Origin: Penicillus capitatus
Lineage: Eukaryota; Plantae; Chlorophyta
NCBI GenBank assembly: GCA_965649825.1
Contig: OZ287702.1
Location: 372,001-436,000, forward strand
Direction of reading: 5' to 3'
DNA length: 64,000 bases
In this document: piece by piece, positions 38,255 through 49,953 of the stretch
Layout: each line of letters opens with the position of its first letter
How positions within the stretch are numbered: position 1 is the first letter of the stretch
Position numbers and translations under genes: made by a program
The notes under the pieces: generated by a model
What the model saw: the letters and a program-made list of their open reading frames with translations, nothing else
What the model was told of the DNA's origin: nothing
Databases searched by the model: none

Positions 38255-39980
38255 TGCGCCATAAAGACGACCGTTGAATGTATATCTTTCAAATCGAACA
38301 GCGACGATCGCACAGACGTTTGTTAACACATCAATGTCGTTTGTTGGTCCTAGTGACCATTGCGTACGATGACAATGGATGATAGCGTCAGCACAAAACG
38401 GGCTCAACAGCACGAGCCTCCAGAAGTGTTTGTGGGCGGGGTTGGTGCAGTAAGGTCGAATCCGAGGCCGCAGTCAAAGAGACCGTAATGCACGGAGCGG
38501 TCACCGACGACGTCAAAATGCTGAGCCAGCCAACTCATCTTTCCTTCTCCAATCATCGCCGCAGTGTTGCCGCAGACGGGCTTCGGTTTGCCTGTCTCGA
38601 AGCGATGATGATCATCCAGTTTGTAGGCATTCTTGTGACCCTCAATCGTTCCCTGCGCAGACAAACATACATCACACATCTCAACATTCTATGACTCCTA
38701 GAGTCACACACACTTTGTAGGTCGCAATCTGGCCGTAATCCTCACAGAGAGTCTCCATCATGCCGGGCAACTTGAACAATCTACGTCAGACAGTTGGGTT
38801 TCCCACTGAGCGCCCGAGAGAGAGACCTGTAGGTGATGGAGTAGAAACGCGCTTCTCCGACGACATCCAATAGTTCGGGATCTGTCACTTTGATCTCTGA
38901 AGCTGCCAAGACTCGTGCATCCATGAAACCGACATCGGCGGCAATGCGCTTGAAATCCTCGACATATAGTGCCCCAGAAATACACTCTCCCCAGAGAACC
39001 TCATGTTCCTGAACGTGTTTGGGAAGACGGCGATCGCAATAGACATCACTGAAGTAAAACTCTCCTCCCGGAGCCAAAACTCGATAAACCTCTTGCAACA
39101 CGCGTGGCTTGTCAGGTGAGAGATTGACGACGCAGTTGCTGATAACGATGTCCACGGAATGGTCTTCGATCCCAGCCTTGTCCAAGTACTCGATGTGACC
39201 TTGGATGAATTTCATGTTTGGCTGGGTATAGCCCAGTGTCTTGGTGAACTCCTCGAGGTACTTCTCCGAAACCGCCACTTGCTCTTCTGTCATATCAATG
39301 CCAGTGACGAATCCTTTCTCGCCCACAAGGGCAGAACACACATAACAGTCGCGGCCAGATCCGCTGCCGAGGTCGAGAACGCGCAGACCGTCGATGCCCA
39401 ACGGAAGCGGAGCACCGCAGCCGTAGAACTTCGATACGATTTCTCCCGGCACTTGGCGCATGACTTTGACAATGGCCGGATGAGGGGAACCCCCTGCCGT
39501 GCATGCCGTTGTCTTGAGGTCCTTCGATGTGCTCAGGACTTTGCCATAATAGTCTTTGACAACGTCATACGTTTTCGTTTCTTCCAACTGCGACAGTCCC
39601 CCGGCGGCCGCTGTGGTCACGGTGGTTCCATTGGAATGGCTCATTCTGCGAGGCGGTGTGCGATAAGGAGTACGAAGACGGTGCCGATTGGTTGTGAGAG
39701 AACGTAGCGAGGGAAGTATGCGTGATGCTTGAAATCGGAGTTGGCCGCGTCGATGCGGGGCGCGTGATGTGGACATCGTACAAGAGCGGAGCATCTTATG
39801 GTGCACGCTGCGAAAACCAACGGAAAAATCATCTTGCTATCCGTACAGAATATTCGGAGAATGACACGATCAGCATAGACGTCACAGACTCCTCAAGCAA
39901 ATGCGTCCAATCTGGCGCTCTTGGTCATCCTTGATAGACGACATTCGCATTTTAAGGGTCTCCTGCCAACGCGGCGACAT
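38255..39980. repeat. Tandem segmental duplication unit 1 (about 1.7 kb, arsM plus both flanks)
   Basis: Aligns by eye with about 41790..43510 including introns and non-coding flanks; stop-codon offset 3536 bp. Confidence 0.92.
38404..39776 (-). CDS. arsM: Arsenite methyltransferase (ArsM/AS3MT) copy 1, 2 introns, with possible 44-aa N-terminal targeting extension
   Basis: KDYYGKVL..TTAC, FYGCG, LDLGSGSGRD, ISNCVVNL, LWGECISGALY, C-terminal SCC; second ATG at 39644. Confidence 0.94.
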
Positions 39981-41789
39981 CAAGCCGAGGATCCAGTCAG
40001 TGATTTGATTAATGTCTCTGTTTAGATCTACGATGGATGAAACGAATGAGGTACTGTTTACACAAAAGACCCTAGATTGTGTCAATAACGCTTTTTAATA
40101 AAAACTGCAACCTCGTTTTTTAACAATTCGTCGCGACGAGATCATTACAGTATGACACTTTTTTCCGAAATGTCTCCTGGTTCCCAAAGCTCCACCCGGC
40201 AATTAACTAGCTGTGTTGTTGTAGATTTGCTTAGCGGTTGTTTTATGTTTCGTTGTTGATTTTCGTTGAACTTTTTGCGTCTGTTGTGACTTGATATCTG
40301 CAAACTCTCTGGGCCTGATCTAGACGAGCACTCTAACGATGAATTAACATTCCCCAGCCTTCTCGGCGATAAATCGCGGACGGGTGGAGCGATATGTGGC
40401 CGCAAGTGTCAAAGATATTGTTTGGGCCTCGGACGAGAGAGGAAATTCGAGACTGCATGAGCATCCAGCCAGCGAAACACGAGTAATGGTCCGCATATAG
40501 TTGTGTATAACCAATGCATTGTCAAGGAAAACGGTATTATTTGCTAAGATCCGATTCACTTTCTGAGAAACTCATACCGAGCACTTTGCGTAAACTTTGG
40601 TGAAGGTGTAAACAAGTCAAAAAGAAAAAAAAACGACTTGAAAAACATTCAGTACGATGGTGATCATAAATAAGCATGATTGTAAAAAAGATGGAAACTT
40701 GTTTCTACCTGTTGACAATATGGATGCATGTGGGAGGGACATTGAGAGTCCTCGATCACAGAGTGGGGCCGCTAGCTGCAGTTGATTGGCTAACAATTAT
40801 TCGCAAAAGTGTGAATTTATATTGAGAAAAGGACTTCATCTATCAGGGGCGAAGAGAACATTCTTATCCAAGGAAGCGCACTCGCAAAAGCGAACGTTGT
40901 TGTTCTTTGGACGGCTTGTACGATAACGACCGCAAGTTTGTTGTTGCGATCGAAAGTTGTGGCGTCCAGATTGCGAGTTGATTACTTGGGTGTAGACAGT
41001 GTACGGTATGGGCTAGAGTCAACTACGGAGGAGCGAATAATGCAAAGGTCTTCAGCTTAAACAAGGCAAAGAGGCGATAGGGAAGCCGCAGATGATAATG
41101 GAGAGGTGTCAAGGGGACACGGGCCTTGGACGATTAATTGGACAAAGTGCAGATGGCTGAGGCTGGGTAGGCAGACAAGGGCAACAATAGCTTTGGACGG
41201 TGTGTGGCGCGGACAGCCGGTGATAATAGACCATGCGAGATGTTATAGCGATGGAAGGCGACTTGGAAGGTCGGTCGTTAGGCGCAATGGATCCATTAAG
41301 AAGCACCATTCGTCATTATTTGGACATAAAAAGTAAGGTAAGCCGGTGCACAGTCTAGGAGGCTGAGCCCCGAATGAAAAGTAAGAGCTTCAAAACGCCG
41401 TTTCTGATCAACGACTAGCTGTTCACGTGGACAACATTCAATCGCATTGTGATTGATCAACCTGATTAGAAGAAGATAAATACAGGGCTCTACTTGAGTT
41501 AGGCAAACTTGAAAGGTGTTGATACTGTTGTTAAACTTATTCACATGCAACAACAGCCTTGATGCAGATGCCGTAGTTCGAAATCTCAATGAAAAAGACT
41601 AAATGAAGTATTGGCGCTACATTTCAAAAGGTCTTCGGAGTCTTTTACGTAGAAAAGTGTGTCATGAATGAGTGATTAGATACTTTGATCCCGAAGCGGC
41701 CCCGTTGCTTGACTAACTGTGGTACTTGTATCGTTTGTAAGAACGTTTGAAATTCGCTGTAAGAATAAGCTTTCTATTCTGTAACGCGG

Positions 41790-43510
41790 AGACCATGAAG
41801 ACGACATCCAGTAATCTATCTTTTAAATCGAACAGCGAGGATAACACAGACGTCCGTTTGAATAGGTTAATGCCGTTTGTTGGTCCTAGTGACCATTGCG
41901 TATGATGACAATGGATGATAGCGTGTGCACAAAACGGGCTCAACAGCACGAGCCTCCAGAAGTGTTTGTTGGCGGGGTTGGTGCAGTAAGGTCGAATCCG
42001 AGGCCGTAGTCAAAGAGACCGTAATGCACGGAGCGGTCGCCGACGACGTCAAAATGCTGAGCCAGCCAACTCATGTTTCCTTCTCCAATCATCGCCGCAG
42101 TGTTGCCGCAGACGGGCTTCGGTTTGCCTGTCTCGAAGCGATGATGATCATCCAGTTTGTAGGCATTCTTGTGACCCTCAATTGTTCCCTGCACAGAAAA
42201 ACATACATCACACATCTTATCCATCCATGACCGCTCGAGTCACACACACTTTGTAGGTCGCAATCTGGCCGTAATCTTCACAGAGAGTCTCCATCATGCC
42301 GGGCAACTTGAACAATCTACGTCAGACAGTTGGGTTTCCCACTGAGCACCGAGAGAGAGACCTGTAGGTGATGGAGTAGAAACGCGCTTCTCCGACGACA
42401 TCCAATAGTTCGGGATCTGTCACTTTGATCTCTGAAGCCGACAAGACTCGTGCATCCATGAAACCGACATCGGCGGCAATGCGTTTGAAATCCTCGACAT
42501 ATAGTGCCCCAGAGATGCCTTCTCCCCAGAGAACCTCGTCTTTTTTGAGATGATCTGGTAGACGGCGATCGCAATAAAGATCGCTGAAGTAAAACTCTCC
42601 TCCTGGTGCCAAAACCCGGTAAACCTCTCGCAACACACGTGGCTTGTCGGGGGAGAGATTGACGACGCAGTTGCTGATAACGATGTCCACGGAGTGGCCT
42701 TCGATGCCAGCCTTGTCCAAGTACTCGATGTGGCCTTGGATGAATTTCATGTTTGGCTGGGTATAGCCCAGTGTCTTGGTGAACTCCTCGAGGTACTTCT
42801 CCGAAACCGCCACTTGCTCTTCTGTCATATCAATGCCAGTGACGAATCCTTTCTCGCCCACAAGGGCTGAACACACGTAACAGTCGCGGCCAGATCCGCT
42901 GCCGAGGTCGAGAATGCGCAGACCGTCGATGCCCAAGGGAAACGGAGCACCACAGCCGTAGAACTTCGATACGATTTCTCCCGGCACTTGGCGCATGACT
43001 TTGACAATGGCCGGATGAAAGGAACTCCCCGCCGTGCATGCCGTTGTCTTGAGGTCCTTCGTTGTGCTGAGGACTTTGCCATAATAGTCTTTGACGCCGT
43101 CGTGCGTTTTCGTTTCTTCCAACTGCGACAGTCCACCGGCGGCCGCTGTGGTCACGGCGGTTCCATTGGAATTGCTCATTCTGCGAGGCGGTGTGCGATA
43201 AGGAGCACGGAGACGGTCACGATTTATTGCGAGAGAACTAAGAGGGCAGTACGCGCGATGCTCGAAATCGGAGTTGGCCGCGTCGATGCGAGGCACGTGA
43301 TATGGACGGCGTTCACGAGCGGCGCATCTTACGGTCCACGCCGCGAAAACCAATGGAAAAACATTTCGCTATCCGCACGGGATATTCGGAGAATGACGCA
43401 ACAAACAAAGACGTCACATATTCCTCAAGCAAATGCGTCCAATCTGGCGATCTTGATCATCCTTGATGGACGACATTCACTTTCTGAGGTTCTCTTGCCA
43501 ACGCGGCGAC
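41790..43510. repeat. Tandem segmental duplication unit 2
   Basis: Paralogous to 38255..39980. Confidence 0.92.
41940..43179 (-). CDS. arsM: ArsM/AS3MT paralog copy 2 (catalytic Cys replaced by Gly), 2 introns, ORF intact
   Basis: Same exon structure as copy 1; LWGEGISGALY; no stops or frameshifts in the coding exons. Confidence 0.88.
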
Positions 43511-43662
43511 GTTTCTTTTGGGCCGTACGGCACTTCGATCTGAAAGAGTGGGATAGGTCAGGAGTCGCCATGAGGATGCATTTAAGCGTACTTCATCGCA
43601 CTGGCTGTAGAGTTCTTCGAGTTTGTAGTACTCTCGCGTCCGGGGAGAAAAGACATGGACGA

Positions 43663-44571
43663 TCAGAGATCCAAAATCAATCGATTCCCATTCACTCCTG
43701 CAAGAATTATGTCGAATTTGAGTACGTGTTGTGGGCGTTGGTTTACTAACCGTCGTGTCACAGCGTCAACTACAGGAATACCCCATTCTTCCAATGCCAC
43801 TTTCTCCATTTTTCCCAAAGCAGCATTCATCTGTGTCCGAGACATCGCCGTCAGAATCAAGAACGTCTCGGTCCTAGATATGCACTGATCACGCATGCCC
43901 GCATTCCAGTAGTCATCATTCTTGCCAATGGAGCTTCTTGTGCACATCCAATAGACGAATGGATCGGCACTTGAGTTCGTCAGCCACTATAGCCATTGCT
44001 TTGCCGAACTCTTTCGTCTTTTCTAATGCGTCGTAGTCAATAAACGCTTTCCTCTCCGCGTATTCCCAGTCGAGATCCTCCTCCTCTCTTCCAACAGCCT
44101 GATTCAAAAGTCACCAATAACTCAACCTTTCCACAGAAGGAAGGGCATCGCCTGTCCGTCGCCGTCATTGCTGAAGGCCGCTGTCGCGGCATCTTGGAAA
44201 TCGGCGGAAATCGGATTGGATACGCGAGCATCGGGATCTGGGATGCCATCCATCTCGATCATGGCCCGCTCGGCAACGGTCAACTTCAACTCTTCGTCGT
44301 CATCGGACGCTCCACTTTCGTCACCTGTAGCTCGCCTTCGAAACGTTGTCTTTGCCTACAAGCTTCGTTCCAGTTCCTCTCCTCCTTTAAGCGTCGCCCA
44401 CTTTGAAACTTTCATGTCCGCGGTATCGAGACAACACATCCTGATGCCCCAGACCTCCTCTGTTGCATCGACCGATGAGGCGTCGCTGCGCGGGCCCACT
44501 GCTGGAGAAGGTCCTTCTCTGAACGAATGACATGACAGCAACAGTATCAGCGTCGTCGTCGTACGCATCAT
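43663..44571 (-). CDS. Hypothetical spliced protein
   Basis: Co-oriented ORFs 44356..44571, 43916..44107 and 43663..43947 are linkable by short introns; no family recognised. Confidence 0.5.
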
Positions 44572-44671
44572 TGTCTCTGTGCGATCACATCGTGAACAAT
44601 ACTGTTATCAAGCGAATTCGTCGTGGACAGAAAAAGACTGTACGAAGACTTTTTTCGGTCGCTGTGGTCCG

Positions 44672-47600
44672 ATGGACAGTCCAAAGAGCGTCAGTTCGAC
44701 GGAAGTGCGTTGTTGTCTATGGCTTTCTGCTTCTGACTTTGGTCTCACAGTCACGCACGCGTGTGGCGTCCTTGGCGAACAAAAGTCGAGAGGAGTTGGA
44801 GAGAATGGTTCAAAGTCTCCTGCGAATGCTGAAGCAACGCGACAAGGAATTGAAAGAGTCGGAGGCAAAGGCCGCGGCCATTTCTGAAGGGTCCACATCT
44901 AAGGAGGCAAACGCGTTTGAGTCAGAACGCCAGACATGGGCAAAAGAAAAGAGCGATCTCCAGGCGGCACATCAGAAAGCATTGTCCGAGAAAGATCAAG
45001 CTCGACAGCACGCTCATGTGCATCTGTCTTATCTATATCACACTATCTCACTCTGTTCAATGACATAGGAAGTATCCTCTCAAATGCAGCAGTTGAAGAA
45101 GCAGTTGACAGACAGCGAGGAGACGGTGAGTGGCGTCATGGGACAGAAGGAGAGTTTGGCACGGCAGCTTAAGGAAGTGCAGGATGAAGGTCAGGCGCTT
45201 CAGCAGCAGGTAGCGACATTGAAAGAAGCTGTCGGTGCCATGATTAAAGAACGTGATGCATCGTTTGCGCGTCTTTCTGAAGAGAAAGAGCATTGTTTGG
45301 AGATGGAATCTCTGCTGTCGACGGCTCAACAGCAACTCATGCAACTGAAAGAAGAGTCATTGTCTCTCCAGACTGAGAGAGATCAACTAGAGAAATGCCG
45401 ACAGGAACTGGTAGCAAGCAAAGAACAGGCTGATGATGAGCTGGAACGCCTCCGCGGAGAGATGACGGAACGAGAACATCGAAGCAAAGAACAGATAGAA
45501 GATCTGTATCGTCAACTGACTGAAGCAAATGATCTTGCTGTCCAGTTACAGAATCAGAAGACTGAAGTGGTCAAACAGCAGGAGGAGCTAAGAGCAGAAC
45601 TGCGATCCCTTACGGAATCCGAAGGGGATCGAAGAGCGGCATGTGAGAGAGTGATAGAGCTGGAGAAGGAAGTCGCCTTGTTAAAAGGTTGTCAAGAGGG
45701 CGGTACTGAAGGTCTGACTGTTCCAGCAGAACTGGCAAAAGAGCTCGAGGAGAGAATCGAGCGATATAAGGAGAACATCCGCCATCTTGAAGACTCCCTA
45801 ACAGCATCGGGGAATCAACTTAAAGAGGAACGCGCCCAGAGAGACACGTTGGAGCGAGAGCAAGAGGGACGAGAAGCTGAACGCAATGCAGCCATGAAGC
45901 AGCTCGAAGAGAAGCTCGAAACGGCAACGAAAGAGTGTGGCGATCTGGAAGAAGTTGTTGTTCGTGCTAAAGCCATGGAGACGGAATGCCGAAGTGCTCT
46001 AGAGCATTGCCAATCAGAGCTGGCATCTGAGAAAGAGGCCGTGGTACAATGGAAGACGACTGCCGAATCGCTGGATCAGCGCATTCAGGAACTCGAATCT
46101 CTGAAGAATGAGAACGTAGAGATGACAGCAAGAGTGCAGGAATTGCAAGAACTTCAGAAAGAGTCGCTTCGACAGAAGGAAGCTGCATCGGAAGAGGAGA
46201 TGACTCTGAGAGAGATGCTGCATCATTCCGAAGAGAGTTTAAAGAATCTGCGAGAAAACCAGTCAGCAGAAAGGGATGCCCAAGTTACCCAAATGAAGGA
46301 ACTCCAGACGGAGCTGAAGAAAACACAGAAGGAATGCTATGTTGCTGAAGATCGTCTCAAGGAGATGGAAACTGAGATCGGTCAATTGAAGGCTGTCCTG
46401 ATGAAGAACGCTTCCAGGCTGGAAGAAGAGACACAGACGCACAGAATTGCAAAGCAGCGATTGAGCGATGAACAGGAAACGACACAGCATCTCCGTCAGC
46501 AACTACAAGAGGCTCTCTCAAAGATACAGTCTTCAGAAGTCGAGACTTGGAAACAGCAAGAAGCTTCAGCTGCCCAACAGAAAGAAAAGGAAGATGCCAA
46601 TCAGAAACGTCAGCAAGAGCTCGAACGAGAGATCTCGAATCTCAAATCTGCCATTGCAGCACGAGAGCAGCAGATTGGTGCACACGAAGAGGATCTCGAA
46701 AAAATACGCGAGGCGGCAGAGGGAGAGAAAGAAAAGCTCAAGCGAGCCATTGTGGAACTCAAGAAGCGACTGGATCGTGCGGCGGCACAGATCAAGAAAA
46801 TGGAACTGGAAGGGACCGAAATGCAAGATGGTCACTTTGCAGAGAAAGAAAGGCTCTCTGCCGAGGTTTCTCATCATCAGCATCAGGCCGAGAAGTTCGG
46901 CACAGAGCTCAAAGACTACAAAGCAAAAGCACATCTCCTTGTCAAGAACAAAGATCAAGAACTGAATGCACTGAGGGCGGAATTGCAGCACAGGGCAGAC
47001 GTGGAAGTAGATCTCAGAGTTCTCCGGGAGCAGTTTGATGATCTGACAGTGGAGAGAGATAACATCCGAGAGGAGCTAACGGAAGCAAACGAGCGATTTC
47101 AGGTGCATCTGGACGATCTGGTGGCCGGGTTTCAAACAGAGATCGACGAAAAGACATCCGCACTGCTGCAGACGCGTTCCGCGAAGGATGCTGTCGCGAC
47201 AGCTGCACAGGAATGGAAAAACAAGGCAGAGCACTTTGAACAGGAGCTCCTTCAAAAGGCACAAGAAATTGCTGTCCTTTCAGCACCGAAACCGTATGAC
47301 CTGTCTTTTTAAGGAGGCCTCGATCGGTGTCTTGTGTAGATCGGTGTCGGAGATAGAGCATGAGAAGGCAGCCCAAACGTGCCGATTGCTTGAGAAGGAG
47401 CTCGAAGATGTAAAGGCTGAGTTTCGCTCATACAAGCAGACGACAGAGCAAATGTCCGAAGTTCAACAGCGAGAGATGTCGCGTCTCATTCAGTCGAATC
47501 TTGAACTGAGAAGGAATATGTCGGAAGACAATGGGTCTGTTCATTCTGATCGGCATTTTTCTGTCGACCAGCGAACGCTGCAACAACACAGCGCCGCCCC

Positions 47601-48171
47601 GTTTGACAATTTTCAGCTTTCTGATCTGCTGGAGGGTCGCGAGACCGGACCATCTTTCAGGATGGATGACGGCGAGAGCCTAACGGAGAGTCAGATCGTG
47701 GTACTGGCTAACAAACAGGCAGAGCGCGAAGATAGAGTCCACCTTCTGCAGAAACAGAACCAGGAGATGCGATCGGAGATCGAAGATTTGGAAAAGGAGT
47801 TGGAGCTGCGCAGAGAACAGGAGCGTGTTTTAAAGAGCTATTTGAGAGAAGCCGATCAGCTAAAGAAACAGCTCGCCGATGCGCCGCCAGCAGATCTGGA
47901 TTTTCCCTATCTGAAAAACACAGTGATGAAGCTCATGACAACAGGAGAGTCCGAAGCACTCCTCCCTGTCTTTGCAAAACTCCTCGATTTCACGGAAGAA
48001 GAGAACGCGTCACTCATAGCCTCCATCCAAGGACGAAAAAAGGTACGAGAGGCGCTTATAGATAACGCACGCATGTCTAAGTTTGTGACTGTCGTTTGGT
48101 AGGCGGCTTCTGAAGAGGCATCGCGATCGAGTGGTTTACTGGCCTCGCTGACAGATTGGTCATGGACTTAA
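44672..48171 (+). CDS. GRIP-domain trans-Golgi golgin
   Basis: About 1000 aa coiled coil ending DFPYLKNTVMKLMTTGESEALLPVFAKLLDFTEEE (GRIP). Confidence 0.88.
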
Positions 48172-48262
48172 AGCTGTCCCATCAATCACATCAAACATTC
48201 GTGCAGAGATCTGTCTGGCAGGGGCTGATAGTAAAGGAAGGTCGTTGTAACTTATGTGTGCA

Positions 48263-49877
48263 TCACCGCACGTTTCCATTTGCAATCCGACTCGTGACGT
48301 GTCCTTTGCTCGTTCGAAATGGAGTGCCTCTGTAGTTGGCGATACCTTGCCCGTCTGTCGTCAAATCCGGAAACAATGCTTCCAGGATCTTCTGTTTTGG
48401 TTTAATCTCTTCGAGAGGAGTCTCTTCGTACCCCTCAAATGCAATGCTCTCTCCGATGGACACATCGGCGGGAGGCACGAGGGGCTCCACTCTATCATCA
48501 TTCATCCAGATGGCCGTCTCACAAGATGATTGATGCCTTACGATGCATGATCCGCACTGGAAGCGCACATGACCATACCACAAGATTGAATGCCCCTCAT
48601 GTTGGCAGGTTTTAGATTGCAGCAGACCACTACCATTCGATTCTGCATCTCCTCCATCGGCACAAACTTGACAAGACCACTGATGACCTAGACACACAAT
48701 AGCAAAGCACTCTGTGGATGGGAATACACACTTGACGTGGTTTCTCTTCTCCGACGTCGATTTCTTCGACATAGAGTGTGTCGGCATCCGGATGTGGCTT
48801 GACCGAGAGAATCTTGCCGATTCGCATGTCTAGCATGTCAATACGAGGCTCAGCTTTCTTCTTCTCTTTTTTCTTTTCCTCCTTCTTACAAGTCTTCTCT
48901 TTCTTTTCTTTCTCCTTTTTCTCCTTTTTCTCTTTCTGTAAAGACATACATCGTGACATTGCGCAAAGCAAAGCCAGGGTGGTCTTTGGTGCCTTAGCTG
49001 TCACAGATTTCTGAGCATCGGGTACATCGTTCGTTTCGGATGTAATGGCATCTTTCTCTTTCTCTGCAGCCTTCAATGCTTTCTTCTCTTTCTTTTCTGC
49101 CTTCTTATCCTGTGGACCAGGCATTGGTGTGTATTCTTGTCAGGATGTGCAAAGACCCGTTTTGTATCTGCTGTCTTAACAGGATGTGTGAAATCAAAGA
49201 CGGGCAGCTTTCTCTTGACCGGTGGCATTACATCTGCCGTGTCGACGGTGTCCTGTATAAAGCCATGCCATCGTAGCAGATTACTAAAATGCCCGTACTG
49301 AGCCACCGGAAAGAGCACCTGTCACAAACATCGTCCGTCATCAACCAGCAGTCGCTGTAACAGAGTTGTTGCTCTTACGGCATCGGGATGTATCAGGGCA
49401 AAGATTAATAGGTCTGCCAAAGTGAGATGCTTGCTCACGACATACACACGATCTGCTAGATGCGTGTTCAGCTATAGCGTCTATTATCACTCACGACACA
49501 CAACGGCGAGGCAGACCTTGATGAGGGTGCCATCTCCCGATGCACCGTTGTCATCGAGAAACATCGAAACCCATTGCGAAATCTGCTTCCCGTATATCTC
49601 TGCATTGATTACTATAGAGCGGTTTCACCTGAGCTGTCTCCTCTTGTGTATTTCCCAGAAGCTGGGCGGGAGGGAAGCTGCCATTGAGAAGCACCAGATG
49701 TCGACAAACTGTTTCAAGCCCTTCCAACTCAAGCTCCTTCATTTTCAGCTGCGGTTTGGCCACGTCCGTAACATTCAATCGACAGCGGTGTTCGAGATGC
49801 AGGGTTCGAAGGAAAAAGCGAAAGATCTGATCATCGCGGGCGGACGGAACAAAGAGCTGAACATCGTCACTCGCCAT
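48263..49877 (-). CDS. Arc1p/AIMP1-like aminoacyl-tRNA synthetase cofactor (GST-like N-domain, Lys-rich linker, EMAPII tRNA-binding OB fold)
   Basis: [16 protein letters not shown]; [39 protein letters not shown]; [22 protein letters not shown]. Confidence 0.85.
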
Positions 49878-49953
49878 TCGATGGTAAGATAACGGACACA
49901 CAATGCTTAAATGCGTCGCGTCTTACGATGCATTTCTCGAAAGCGCTCTTTAA

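Noticed and set aside
47259-47313. GC-AG intron in the golgin gene
   Set aside because: A canonical GTATGA...TGTAG intron (47294-47339) restores the frame equally well
48780-49120. AAG/GAA-rich simple repeat
   Set aside because: It encodes the Lys/Glu-rich linker of the Arc1p-like protein
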